Assembly (NCBI RefSeq): GCF_006345805.1
Contig: NC_043002.1
Coordinates: 5,766,001-5,830,000, forward strand
Origin: Octopus sinensis
Lineage: Eukaryota
Direction: 5' to 3'
Length of the DNA: 64,000 nt
Part shown: positions 1 through 12,414 of the stretch, piece by piece
Numbering within the stretch: the first letter of the stretch is position 1
Layout of the letters: each line of letters starts with the position of its first letter
Program-made: the position numbers and the translations under genes
Notes under the pieces: generated by a model
What the model saw: the letters and a program-made list of their open reading frames with translations, nothing else
What the model was told of the DNA's origin: nothing
The model's database searches: none

Positions 1-355
1 CAATCTGAGAGTGCAATGGGTGCTCTTTACGTGCCACAGGCACAGGGGCCAGTCAGGCGGTACTGGCAATGACCTCGCTCAAATCTTTTTACACATGCCA
101 CCAGCACAGGTGCCAGTAAGGCAATGTTGGTAACGATCACGTTCGAACGGTGTCTTTTATGTGCCACTGGCACAGAGGCCAGACAGCCACTCAGGCAATG
201 ATCACACTCGGATGGTGCTCTTTAAGGCGACGCTGGTAACGATCACACTTGAATGGTGCCTTTTAAGTGCCACTGGCACGGAAGCCGGTTAGCTGCTCTG
301 TCAATGATAACACTTGTATGGTGCTCTTTGCACCCCGCTACCACAGACGCCAGTC
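1..355 (-). mobile_element. RTE-related dispersed repeat, subrepeat region (partial)
   Basis: Divergent ~70-75 bp GTGCCAC/TGGCAC subrepeats, same family as 9310-9780 and 60635-61195. Confidence 0.7.
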
Positions 356-600
356 ATCGAATTTGATTTTGATTCTGATCTTTGATTTAAATATATATAT
401 ATATATATACTACAAAATTAGAGAATGGAGAAACATACTTAAATCAATAAAACATCAACTATCCGATGATACCCAATCAATACTTTAATACACCATTACA
501 TATGAGTAAAGGCATTATACAAAATGAGATATACAGTAATAGTAAAAAGATAAAGAGATATAAGTAAAAAATTTCAAATATAATATGCAATTAAATCAAA

Positions 601-710
601 ACTGACAGCTGTTTCGGCAGTGAGGGCAGTCATACCTCATTTAACCTCTAAGCCATAAAGGCAGGTATAAATGAGGCATTAACAAGGATGCCCCACGGCC
701 TCTTCAGAGA
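601..710 (-). ncRNA. Minimal type I hammerhead ribozyme motif (Penelope-like element type)
   Basis: Minus strand reads CU-CUGAAGA-[GGCCGUGGGGCA...UGCCCUCACUGCC long stem II with inner CCUCAUUUA/UAAAUGAGG stem]-GAAAC-AG-CU-GUC-AG. Catalytic core intact, stem III palindromic (ACAGCUGU), stem I only 2 clear bp. Confidence 0.7.
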
Positions 711-1046
711 ATTAAATTAAATTTGTTATAATTGTGAAAAATATTATATAACCATATACATATAAATATAAAAATATAAAAATGTAAAATATAAAAACTT
801 ATATATCATAATGCTACACTTATATAATATAATACTCATTGGTACAATAAAGGAAGGTAAACAGAACAAAATAAAACAAAATATATATCAGTGTATATAT
901 TAATATTAATAAGTACCGATATTATACATATTTGGCTAATAGTTTTTTTAAAAAAACTAACACATAGGGAGATGAAAAATAATAATTAAAACCATGGTTC
1001 AGTTCATAAAATTCTAAAGCTATGAAAGTTAATAAAAATTACTATT

Positions 1047-1049
1047 AAT

Positions 1050-1107
<58 letters not shown>
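1047..1107. repeat. (TAA)n microsatellite
   Basis: Direct read. Confidence 0.95.
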
Positions 1108-1969
1108 GATACAGTTAAGTTTGCACCAAGTCCATCCTTTCAAGATCGAAATAACTGATCACTGATCACTAGGTAAAGAAAATTTAGATTAATTCGATTG
1201 GCTATTGGTTTGAAATTTAAATCACAAAAGAAAATTATATATATATATATAAACACACACACAGATAGATGATAGGAAATGGAATGAATGAAATTCTTTA
1301 TTTAAAATCACTATAATTGTTTCAATATATTTCTACACCTGTAGTACATTGGTGAAGTACTCTGTAATCATTATCATGCATCTAAGGTGTAAAATACACC
1401 TCCTCAAATGATAGTTTAAATATGTCCTTTATTAGATCCTACTGTCATTTCCACTATATGATGACATCAGGTAGCCAATAACTGAAGATGAGCTCTGCAT
1501 AGCATTCTACAGGGTTTTAACCTTAATCTTATTTAACTATATGAGTGTGTGTGTGTGTGTACACACACACACACACACATGTATAGAGAAAGGGAGAGAG
1601 ACGGGGAGAGCAGAATGGTATATACATACATATTCTCTAACATACAACCTTCTTAGATTGTAGAAAGGTGGAGAGAAGAGTAGCTTGCTTTAATCTATGT
1701 ATACACTTCACTCTTAAGTCTTTGAGATATATCACAAATTGTGGGGCAGGGGCACCTCACCTTCAACAATTTAGATCTGCTGATCAGAATCAAAATTAGT
1801 ACTCCAAGAAAATTTTCTTATAGCATCAAACATTGCTTAAAAACTACAAATTACATTGTATTCATCTTCAAACCCTGTCTAAAAGAAAAGCATAAACCTG
1901 ATTTTAAGAACAGGCCCAAAACCCTTAGACTTAGGCAGAATAGCATATAGGTCCAAGCACATCTGCATA

Positions 1970-2175
1970 ATCATCATCATCGTTTAACGTCCGTTTTCCA
2001 TGCTAGCATGGGCTGGACAGTTCGACCAGGGTCTGGGAAGCCAGGAGGCTGCACCAGGCTCTAGTCTGATTTGGCAGAGTTTCTACAGCTTGATGCCCTT
2101 CCTAATGCCAACCACTCCGCGAGTGTAGTGGGTGCTTTTTACATGCTACTGGCACAGGTGCCAGGGGAGGCTGGC
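1970..2175 (-). mobile_element. RTE-related dispersed repeat, 3' core with (GAT)n tail
   Basis: catcatcatcgtttaacgtccgttttccatgctagc...ctacagcttgatgcccttcctaatgcc core shared with many copies. Confidence 0.8.
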
Positions 2176-2611
2176 AATAATATAAAAAGTGTCAAGTGGG
2201 GAGGAACAACTGCCTTTTTTCTCAAAAATCAACATTCTTTTACTGAACACAAACACATGCAAGTCACTTGATTTGACTTGCAGTAAATCTGACATTTAGC
2301 AGAAAGTGTAATGTTGTTATGACATATATGCTTTATGTAGTTATAAACATCTATCATTTAAGCTACCATGGTTGAAGTAATAACTTGCATTATTCATGAA
2401 TGCCTATAACTATCAAGGATTAAAACAGAAGTTTATATTAAATGCTTTCTGTGTACACATGCCCCAGCACTACACATAATACAAATGTTCATTTTTGTAC
2501 TGATTCCATTTGCCATGTCCCAGAGTACTACAGAAGCTATATAGATGGGTTCGTTGATTGGTTTCAGTCACTGAACTGCAGCCATGTTGGGATTTTTTGT
2601 TTAGTTGATCA

Positions 2612-2972
2612 CAGGAGTGGCTGTGTGGTAAGTAGCTTGCTTACCAACCACATGATTCTGGGTTCAGTCCCACTGCGTGGCACCTTGGGCAAGGGTCTTC
2701 TACTATAGCCTCAGGCCGACCAAAGCCTTATGAGTGGATATATGTATATATATATGTGTGTGTGTATGTTTGTGTGTCTGTGTTTGTCCTCCTAGCATTG
2801 CTTGACAACCGATGCTGGTGTGTTTACGTCCCCAGGACTTAGCGGTTCGGCAAAAGAGGCCGCTAGAATAAGTACTAGGCTTACAAAGAATAAGTCCTGG
2901 GGTCGATTTGCTCGACTGAAGGTGGTGCTCCAGCATGGCTGCAGTCTAATGACTGAAACAAGTAAAAGAGTA
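2612..2972 (+). mobile_element. tRNA-derived SINE family A (internal microsatellite)
   Basis: A-box-like TGGCTGTGTGG, B-box-like GGTTCAGTCCC, gcaccttgggcaag core; near-identical copies at 6235, 48628, 53006. Confidence 0.85.
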
Positions 2973-3924
2973 TCCCTCCAACCACTACTTATTTTATTGA
3001 GCTATATTTGAGAAAACCTCAAAGACTTTTTGAGTCAACACCAGTTTTTCCTTAAACATGGAGGTGAACACATAAATCATAAAAACAGTAGGTTTCTGTA
3101 CAAGAGTCCATCTACCAAATTCCACTTGCATTTATTAATCAACTTAAGGCTGCAGAACACACTTGGTCAAGATACCCCACAGTTGAATTGAATACAGCTG
3201 CAAAGTGAACTTCTTAATGACACAACTTCACCTCTCTCTCTCTGTCTGTGCAACCAGATTCATGTCCAGCAGTATAAACTGGACCTTTCTTCCTTCACAA
3301 TTCCTTTTTAGCAGACAAATTTCCTTATGACCCTCTTATAGTGAACTAAACTTACTACCCAGCCTTGCCTGGTGAAGTATTCTCGGAACTGTTTGCCAGT
3401 TTGTAGAATGGGAATTCACAGTATTTATGCGTGTATATATATTTAACCTAACTTCTAGACTTAAAGTAATCAATTTACATGAGGAGAAACCATTTTTAAC
3501 AATTTTTATCTTGAAAATCACTTGTTACTTTTGTTTAAAAGTGAAAGAGAGGAGAAAGTGAAAGATGTAGGAACGTGTATATGAAATGGACTTGTGTGCA
3601 TGTGTGAGTGAGTGAGAGAGAGAGAGTGTGTGTGCCTCTTTCACATACATGAGAACATACATTCACTCACACACACATGCACACGTACATACAAAAAAGA
3701 TGTACGCATATGTATTGATGCCTGTACATGACAACACACCCCTTCACTCACTCTCTTTCACACACACACACACGTCCATTTCATATACATGTACATACAT
3801 CTTTCACTTTCTCCTCTCTTTCACTTTAAAACAAAAGTAAATAAGTAAAAAAGTTTTATGGAAATTAACGAGCTTTGGATGATGAAATCACAATCAGTTA
3901 AAAACGTTTCTAAATAGAATATTT

Positions 3925-4097
3925 CTAAAAAGCACCCACTACACTCTTAGAGTGGTTGGCATTAGGAAGGGTATCCAGCTGTAGAAACTCTGCCAAATCA
4001 AGATTGGAGCCTGGTGCAGCCAACTGGTTCGCCAGCCCTCAGTCAAAATCGTCCAACCCATGCTAGCATGGAAAGCGGACGTTAAACGATGATGATG
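3925..4097 (+). mobile_element. RTE-related dispersed repeat, 5'-truncated
   Basis: aaaaagcacccactacactc...ggaagggtatccagctgtag...ggacgttaaacgatgatgatg. Confidence 0.8.
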
Positions 4098-4450
4098 ATC
4101 ATCATCATCATCGTTTAGATTAAAATATTGTGTTCATCAAAAAGTCAACAGTTTTTTTCTTCTTCTTAGAGAGTGCAAAGATAATGTGTGTGTATATGTC
4201 ACAGATAGTGAACATGTGTTTGTGTTGACTGACATGCCATTATATATGTGTGTATTCTGTATGCGTGTTGATGTCACAGAAGTCATGTATTTTTTTTTTC
4301 AAGAAATAACAAAAATTTGTAATGCACTGCTGAAGGTAAGTATGAAAATAAATGTGTAAAAAAATTAAGATGAAATATACTATTTCTGAGATATTTTAGT
4401 CACAAAACATCCCTAGAATTTTAGTGTTATGAAGATTAGCTAATAAAAGA

Positions 4451-4853
4451 GGATTTTTCAGTCTGAACGGCAGTTTTTTCTAGCGGTGTCATATGAAATT
4501 GTTACCCATAATTATGACCCTAGTATTGATCTATTGCATTTCAATTTAGGGTTAGGGGTGGGGGGGTTTCTTTTTCTCTTCACAAATGTAAATAAACCCA
4601 ATCTGTTTCTTAAACGAGGGACATATTCAAACGGCACAGAATGTTTTCACCTCAATAGACGTCATTGATTGGTTGAAATTGCAGAAATTGAAGAAGAAAA
4701 AAACAACAAATATCTTACAAACTATAGAATTTTCTCAATAAAGCCAAGAGAAAAAGATGTTTTATAAACACATTCTACCAGTATACGAAGTTTAAAAGTG
4801 TTTAGTTACGTGGAAATTATTTTAAAAAACTGTCGGTCAAAGTGAAAAGATCC
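4451..4853 (+). mobile_element. hAT-type MITE
   Basis: TIRs ggat(c)ttttc...gaaaagatcc; 8-bp TSD ATAAAAGA on both sides; copies at 21216, 23032, 62900. Confidence 0.85.
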
Positions 4854-5689
4854 ATAAAAGAATATATGACCCACATGTCATTATATTAAATTAAAAATTA
4901 TTAATAATAAACTAAAAGAAATATAACAATGTAAATACACGAGAAGAAAAAAATCAGCAAAACAAAATTATACTAAAAGTGAAAATACACGAATATTTTC
5001 AAAGGGGTGTGCTTGTTTGTTTTGGCACAATACATTAAACCATGGTTTTGCTGTTTCTCAAAGAAGTTTTTAGATTAGTCTCATTAGTTGAGTGGTATTT
5101 TGTTGTTATTGCCATGAAAGCCGATAATGCAAAATCTCAAATATGTGGAAAGAAAGGGTGGGAGAGCTGCTATGACTAATTTAGATGATTTTCTGGAAAT
5201 TCTAAATTACACATTAAGATAAAAATTCTTAAGTTTGTTTTTGATGACCACATAAGAGCTTTACAAATTCTTTTTGGTCCTTCACAGGAAGCTGTTTTAT
5301 CTTTTCCATTAGATACAATGAATAAGATATGGATACAGTCTAATTTACAACTGTAAATAACTGAGATTATTGAAGCAAATTAGTTGCCAAAAACTACCTG
5401 TAAGGTGTATTTAAAATCTAAAAACAAGGGAGATAACTATAAGCTAAGTTGAATAAAACTGGAGTGGTCTTTAAGACTAAACTGATGAAAGCAACAGGCA
5501 TGTTTCAGTTTTATTAGACCTCCTCAGTGAAAGAGAGAGTAAGACTACGAATAAAAATAGAGTGACAAGAGTAACAGTGACTATGAAGATCACCAATATG
5601 GCTGACAGAAAATAGTATAGGGAAACTGTTACCACAATAACTATGCTAGGGTCTCATATATGTAATATAGTGAGTTTCTTCTTCTTACA

Positions 5690-5915
5690 GCATTCACCCG
5701 GGGCGGGTTGAGCTGGCTTCATTCATCCTCAATGCTGCATCTGTCACAAACGCCAACCAGACCTGGCGATTTGAGGCTAACGACCGCGTGATCTCCAACC
5801 ACTCCTTATTCCAGCGGCGAACGCTGTAGATATGGGGGCCTAGGTTGGGTTCCAGATCAGCCTTGACTCTCATCAGTGAGTTGAAAAACTTTAACCAATG
5901 GAAATTATCCAAGCA
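5690..5915 (-). mobile_element. RTE-clade LINE 3' fragment
   Basis: VKADLEPNLGP...RRWNKEWLEITRSLASNRQVW, nearly identical to the + strand copy at 47900-48100. Confidence 0.8.
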
Positions 5916-6234
5916 ATTTGTTGACAAAAACTCCCACCTAAGACTGGTTAACAATCTAAAAGCTAGAGAATAACATCAATATCATTATATTGAAATTTTT
6001 AGACAATTCAATTCCAATATACATTGTCTAAATCGTTTAAAAAGTTCAGTCAACAGATCTTATTGTAGTTAACTCTTGTTCGTTGTTTTAGTATTTTAAA
6101 ACACCCTCAGAGGGAGTTTTTGTCAAGTAATTGTTTGGATAATCTCAACTGAAATTTCTCCACTCTTTACATTACATATGCGGTCTTTCTATTAAGTATA
6201 CAGAAGGCTCACAGAAAATTTCCCCTAAGTCATT

Positions 6235-6420
6235 TTACTCTTACTCTTTTACTTGTTTCAGTCATTTGACTGTGGCCATGCTAGAGCACCGCCTTTAGTC
6301 GAGCAAATCGACCCCGGGACTTATTCTTTGTAAGCCTAGTACTTATTCTACCGGTCTCTTTGCCGAACCGCTAAGTTACGGGGACGTAAACACACCAGCA
6401 TCGAAGACACAGAAACATAT

Positions 6421-6460
<40 letters not shown>

Positions 6461-6625
6461 GCATATATACGACAGGCTTCTTTCAGTTTCTGTCTACCAA
6501 ATCCACTCACAAGGCTTTGGTCGGCCCGAGGCTATAGTAGAAGACACTTGCCCAAGGTGCCACGCAGTGGGACTGAACCCGGAACCATGTGGTTTGTAAG
6601 CAAGCTACTTACCACACAGCAACTC
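6235..6625 (-). mobile_element. SINE family A
   Basis: Reverse complement of the 2612 family. Confidence 0.85.
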
Positions 6626-6934
6626 CTATGCCTATTGTTGATAAAATAATATTAATCATCGACTAATTGAATTTTTTACCTCACTGTTTAATTATTTCTA
6701 ATTAGCCTTTTTAATCTCTCTGCATTAAATATATTAAAATTAACCTAACACATATTAGGTTTACACTTATATTAATAATGTACTAGCTGGACTTACATCT
6801 AACCATATACAACATAGAAGCAATCAAATAAAATGTCATGGCAGGATTATTGCAATTATGAACAAATAATTAAATTTATAAAAACTAAAGTAAGAAAAAA
6901 AAATAATGAAATTGGTAATCAAATTGGCACATGC

Positions 6935-7235
6935 CTTTCATTATCATTGTTTAACATCCGCTTTCCATGCTAGCATGGCTTGGACAATTTTGACTGGGGG
7001 CTGGCGAACCAGATGGCTGCACCAGGCTCCAATCTTGAATTGGCAGTGTTTCTACAGCTGGATGCCCTTCCTAACGCCAACCACTCCGAGAGTGTAGTGG
7101 GTGCTTTTTACGTGCCACTGGCACGGGGGTCAGTCAGGTGGTACTGGCAACGACCTCGCTCGAATCTTTTTTACATATGCCACCAGCACAGGTGCCATTG
7201 GTAACGATAATGCTCAAATGGTGCCCTTTTATGTG
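6935..7235 (-). mobile_element. RTE-related dispersed repeat
   Basis: Shared core plus subrepeats. Confidence 0.8.
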
Positions 7236-7489
7236 CAAAAATAATAAATAGAATGTTATGTTATAATTGAGGATGGATAAACATGATTCCTTAAAACCTT
7301 TGAAGGCAATGGCCGCAGTCCAATGATTGAAACCAGTAAAGAGTAATACACATATATCAAAGAAAATGTGTGTGTATGTGTCTGTGTGCAATGTCATAAT
7401 TTTAAATGTTTATATTATTAGTTTCAAAAATGATAGAATTTTTGATCTGCAAAAAGAATATTTAGAAACCTGGTGCTTCTGTTTCATTA

Positions 7490-7676
7490 GGTGTGGCTGT
7501 GTGGTAAGAAGCTTGCTGCCCAATCACACGATCCCAGGTTCAGTCCCACTGCATGACACCTCAGGCAAGTGCCTTCTACTATAGCCCCAGGTTGACCAAA
7601 GCCTTTCGAGTGGATTTGGTAGAAAGAAGCCTGTTTTGTATGTATGTATGTATGTATGTGTGTGTGTGTATGTATG

Positions 7677-7709
<33 letters not shown>

Positions 7710-7745
7710 ATCTTTGTCCCTCCACCACTGCTTGACAACTGGTGT
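7490..7745 (+). mobile_element. SINE family A, 3'-truncated
   Basis: gtggctgtgtggtaag...ggttcagtcccactg core and (TG)n. Confidence 0.8.
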
Positions 7746-8348
7746 TTTGATAAAGGAAATCAGAAAGGTTTGAAATGATTTCATTGGCATTTACTTGTAC
7801 CAAAAAGCACTTTTCAATAACAACACAGTGATCTCATAAGTGTCACTTGGTGAAAATAAACACAATTACCAAACTTTCATTCATAAGACCATTTATTATT
7901 CCGTTTTTTTTGTTGTTGTTGTTGTTTTGTATTTCAAATGCATATGCATATTGTACACCCAATTGCATACAACAGATTGTTTCATTTTCCTCCTAAAATC
8001 TTTTATTCACACCTCTCCTTTTTCCTACATAACCATGATTCTGTTGTTGTTTAGCCCCACCCCCCACCCCAGGTCACGTTTGTTTAAGAAGATCCATGAC
8101 CAATCCATCTTCTTCTCAGTAAAGTATATCTATGACTGCATAACAGAATATGTATGTCATTTTTCTAAGGTAGTATGTGACAGTGTGAGAGAAATTTGGC
8201 TGCTATTACTAACTGATTGACCAACCACAAAGAGGATCTATAATTGATCTAATACTGATGATTATACTTAATTAAATCTCAACTATTTAACCACAGACTT
8301 CAAACTTTTACAAGAAGTGTGTGATGGCTACTTTCTCTTATTTTTTAA

Positions 8349-8569
8349 CCCTTTCATTACCAACCCGGCTGAAACCGGTTCTGGCTCTGTAGTACAAATG
8401 TCTTGTTTTCATAAGTTCTGAATTAAAACCTTCCACCAAACCTTAGTCACAATTTATGTTCCTAAAGCTATCTGAATGATAACAAAGTTATTTTATTAAA
8501 TTATTTGTTATATTTAAAGTAACTGAAAGAAACAGAGAGCATCTCAAAATAAATACAGTAACAAAAGGG
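8349..8569. mobile_element. piggyBac-type MITE
   Basis: TTAA|CCCTTTCATTAC ... GTAACAAAAGGG|TTAA. Confidence 0.8.
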
Positions 8570-8994
8570 TTAAGAAGCGAAAAACACTCATGGCACATTT
8601 AACCGTTCCATTCAAACAGAAGCAAAATGAAATGACGTTATTCTAGAAACAATGAGCCTCTACTATAAATGTCAAGAAGTGAAACATGGTGGTAGTGTTC
8701 TAGATATTCTCCATAATAAGAACCAATACAAAATGCTCATATGCTAAAATGGGCAGCTGGGGTAATTAATTGCATTGAGAAATAATTAAATTAGACTAAT
8801 GCAGAAAGGATAGTGTGAAAATGGATCATGAAACACTGCTTATATGGTTGTATCGATGAGGGAGCCTCTATGTGGCTGCTTGAACAATTAGAAATAGCAA
8901 CCAGAGCTCCTTCAACTTGTACTGACAACTTTAAGGAAAAGGATATATTGGATTATGTTGTGTCTATGGGTATTGGATGTCTTTTGATTAATAG

Positions 8995-9102
8995 ATCTGC
9001 TCGACCAAAGGCGAGCTGGTGTAAATAGCTCTCTTGTAACTGGAGGGAAGGTTGGAGTACATGCAAGAGCATTATTTGTGAAAATCAAATTAGCATACCA
9101 AA
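8995..9102 (+). CDS. Candidate 108-nt phase-1 exon of an unidentified gene: (D)LLDQRRAGVNSSLVTGGKVGVHARALFVKIKLAYQ
   Basis: ttttgattaatAG acceptor, strong GTAAGT donor, one open frame; no recognised homology. Confidence 0.3.
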
Positions 9103-9309
9103 GTAAGTATCTAATCCTGAATAATAAATTACTGGCTAATTCATTAATTATAGTCTCATTAAATATAAAAATACAAAACAATATTGTTTTTGTTTTAATT
9201 TTCTTAAAGAGAAAGTCATCAACATTTCATGAAAAAAAAACATGAAATCTTCCAAAGGGATGAAAATGGTTGGAAATTAAATAAATATGTTGTGATAAAT
9301 ATCATTTGC

Positions 9310-9780
9310 TGCTTCCGTGCCAGTGGCACATAAAAGGGCACCATACGAGTGTGATTGTTACCAGCGTCGCTTTACTAGCACTTGTGCCCATGCTAGTAGG
9401 GTGCTAAGAGCACCATCCGAGCGTGATCGTTGCCAGAGTAGCCAACTGGCTCTGTGCTGGCGGCATGTAAAAGGGCACCATTCGAGCGTGATCGCTATCA
9501 ACGTCGCCTTACTGGCACCTGTGCTGGTGGCAAGTGTAAAAAGATTCAAACGAGGTCATTGCCAGTACCGCCTGACTGGCCCCATGCCGGTGGCACATAA
9601 AAAGCACCCACTACACTCTCGGAGTGGTTGGCGTTAGGAAGGGCATCCAACTGTAGAAACCCTGCCAGATCAAGACTGGAGCCTGGTGTAGCCATCTGGT
9701 TCGCCAGCCCTCAGTCAAAATCGTCCAACCAATGCTAGTATGGAAAGCGGACGTTAAACGAAGATGATGATGATGATGAC
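9310..9780 (+). mobile_element. RTE-related dispersed repeat with about 3-4 divergent subrepeats and (GAT)n tail
   Basis: Subrepeats homologous to the 74-bp satellite unit, followed by the ggcgttaggaagggcatcc core. Confidence 0.85.
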
Positions 9781-10146
9781 AATACCTATACTATCCTCTT
9801 TGTAATATTACTGTCAGTTGAACAATATATCATAAATGAAAGTTTAGAAACTAAGCCAATAGGTTTTGTTTTTTTATTTCCTTGTTATTATCCCTCAAAA
9901 TATAGGCTTCAAATTTTGTCACGAGGGCAGCAAGTTTGGGGAGAGGGAAAAAGTCGATTAACCCTGATACACGATTCCAATATTGTTTCAAATACTTCAC
10001 TGTTTTGAACAACCATCTCAACCGCCCACTGTTAGAAATAGTTAGACTCTTTACTAGTTTAGGCAACAACTAAACCAGGTTCTTTACACAGCATGATAAA
10101 TTGTGTGGTAGAGTTTGTAAACTGGGCAATAGAATTGCAATTTAAC

Positions 10147-10372
10147 CCTTTAGCATTTAAACCGGCCATATCCAGCCAAGTATTCTACCTATTCTATGTT
10201 CAAACTGGCCAGATCTGGTCTCTCACACCAACCCTACAATATCGTTTTAAAAATTAACAGCTACCTCATCAAAATTTTATAGCTACAAGATAATGCATGA
10301 TTAGTTCAAAACAATGTGGATAAAAAAAGCATTAATTTTGACAGAATTATGTGAATGCTAAAGACATTCCAA
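10147..10372. mobile_element. piggyBac-type MITE (second family)
   Basis: TTAA|CCCTTTAGCATT start, aatgctaaag end; high identity to 49555-49780. Confidence 0.75.
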
Positions 10373-10669
10373 AAACTTAGGTGAAGAATATCACAGAAAC
10401 CTATGTTTTTCCAATGCACACCCTAAAAAAATCCTAAAGACTCATCCAACCCACAAATTCCTCTCCAACTATCTCCACGCATTCAGAGCACTATACTCAA
10501 AGTCACACTACTCACAAGACAACTTTGCTGTGCTTGCTCAATGTGCTAAACATAGCAGCCAAATATCTTTCACATTACTCCCTATTTTCTTAACCATTTT
10601 GTTACCATATTTCTGTTGAAATACATTGCCTTTGTTTCAATTAACCTTGAAAATAACAAAGAATTAAAC

Positions 10670-12340
10670 AAAGAGTTACCCGACGTTGCCCATGTTACAT
10701 GCAATTGAAGAATTAGACTTTTCTGTTATATTTTCTGTACTGAACTGGAATACCTATGTTTTGAATTTCATCAAAATTGCAGATGAAAGTTATTTCCCTC
10801 TTTACACACCCTAAAAAATTGTAATCGTGCCAAATGTATCCCATACTACTGATTTTTATGTGCATATTCCAAAATTCCAGTCTTATAGAACCAGTTAAAA
10901 GGATTTTGCTCCTGAAAAATGGAGGTCTTAGAGCTCTAAAATGTGAAAGTTAAGGCCCCTATTGGGGGTGGGCGTATTAATGTCAACCAGAGAAGTTGAA
11001 TTGTTGAGAATCTTTTTAACTTGGGTCCTATATCTATTGTTTGAATTTCTTTGAAATAGGAAATATGTTCACTGGGTTTGTAAAAGAGAGCAAAGCTACA
11101 GGAAATCAAAAGACAAATGATCAGAATAAGCAGTCAGCTAACCTTCCCTAGTCGTTACCACTCCCAATGTAGGATTACTCATTATCCAGGTGACAGGCAC
11201 AGCCGTAAGATGCATTACGAATCTATAGCAATTGGAAGGGCGTGACCCAACTGAAATCAACATTAACAACTGTGTGACGTGACGGCTTAGGAGAAATTAA
11301 AGTGTCACATCTGTAGTTTGCAAATGACCACTATACTGATAATAACTGGACAGAATAAATTTACAATCTATAAATGTCTTTGAATAACCAGTCACTCATC
11401 TGGGAAGGCCTTGAAATCAATGTTACCATCTGGGGACTATGTGTGACCCAGTGATAATAAAAAGACTGAAAGGAGGTCTGCAATCAAATAACTTTACTCA
11501 ACACTTTGCAACTGAATCAGTGGAAGCAAAGATGCCTCATTTACTTGACAATTTATGCACCACATTGCAGAAATCACAATCTAAGTGTATGTAAAGCAAA
11601 CTCTTACACTGTTGTACCATTGAATTACAAATAATGCTCACCTTTTATGCTTGGGTGATGCTACAGCTTCCAAGAGTACAACTGTATTCGTCTTTGCTTA
11701 GATAAAATGACTAAATTGTGGGTGTTAAGTCCCCATGAAGGGGTTTTTCTAACTTGTAAGAAGATGAAATTTTATAAATATTACTTCATTTGTATCTAAT
11801 ATGTATGGTTAAAACTTCATCAACAGCAAAAATATATGAATTATCATGGGGATTATGGCCCTTATGCATAGAATATAATTTCCAAATTTCCTAAAGATCC
11901 ATTCAGTACTTTTGACCTAGTTTTGGATCATAAAAGAAATGATTAAAATTTGGGAGTTAATGCCCCTATTAGGGTGTCTTTGAATCCTCATGTGAAGTGG
12001 AAACTTTGAGAATACTTCTTGATGTGTCAATTACCCATGGTTGAAATTTCATCAACATCGAAAATTTATGAATTTTCATGGGTGTTCTGCCCCCTTTAAA
12101 CCATCTGAAATTCAAACCAAATATATTGCATTATACCCACCTTTATGCATTGAATCTAAGTTTCAAATATCATAAGGATCCATTCAGTAATTTTGGTCCA
12201 TGAAATTTTATGAAACACACAGCATTACCCTTCCTCCAAGGCTTGGATTTTGTGTTCCAAATTTCATTATGATCAGTGCAGCAGTTTTTTAATGTATAAG
12301 TAACACACGAACACATAAAGACATTGACTTTGATATAATA
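10670..12340 (+). mobile_element. Helentron/DINE-1-like non-autonomous element
   Basis: gttacccgacgttgccc start, recurrent (cc)aaatttcat / ttgaatttcat motifs, ending in aaatttcattatgatcagtgcagcagttt followed by microsatellite. Class assignment is inference. Confidence 0.45.
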
Positions 12341-12373
12341 TATATGAATGTGCACATATACATACGTACATAC

Positions 12374-12414
<41 letters not shown>

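Noticed and set aside
1480-1512. CTGAAGA-tgagct...agc, possible hammerhead relic
   Set aside because: The GAAA half of the core is missing; cannot be supported.
11060-11151. Phase-matched plus-strand terminal exon (RNMFTGFVKESK...LP*)
   Set aside because: Its acceptor is part of the repeated ttgaatttc motif of the surrounding DINE-like element, so it is probably coincidental.
11642-11696. Resemblance of KTNTVVLLEAVASPKHK to mitochondrial ribosomal protein L33
   Set aside because: No downstream exon with the expected DK.E...DP motif was found and the upstream MASDNE start does not fit; kept only as an unnamed candidate exon.
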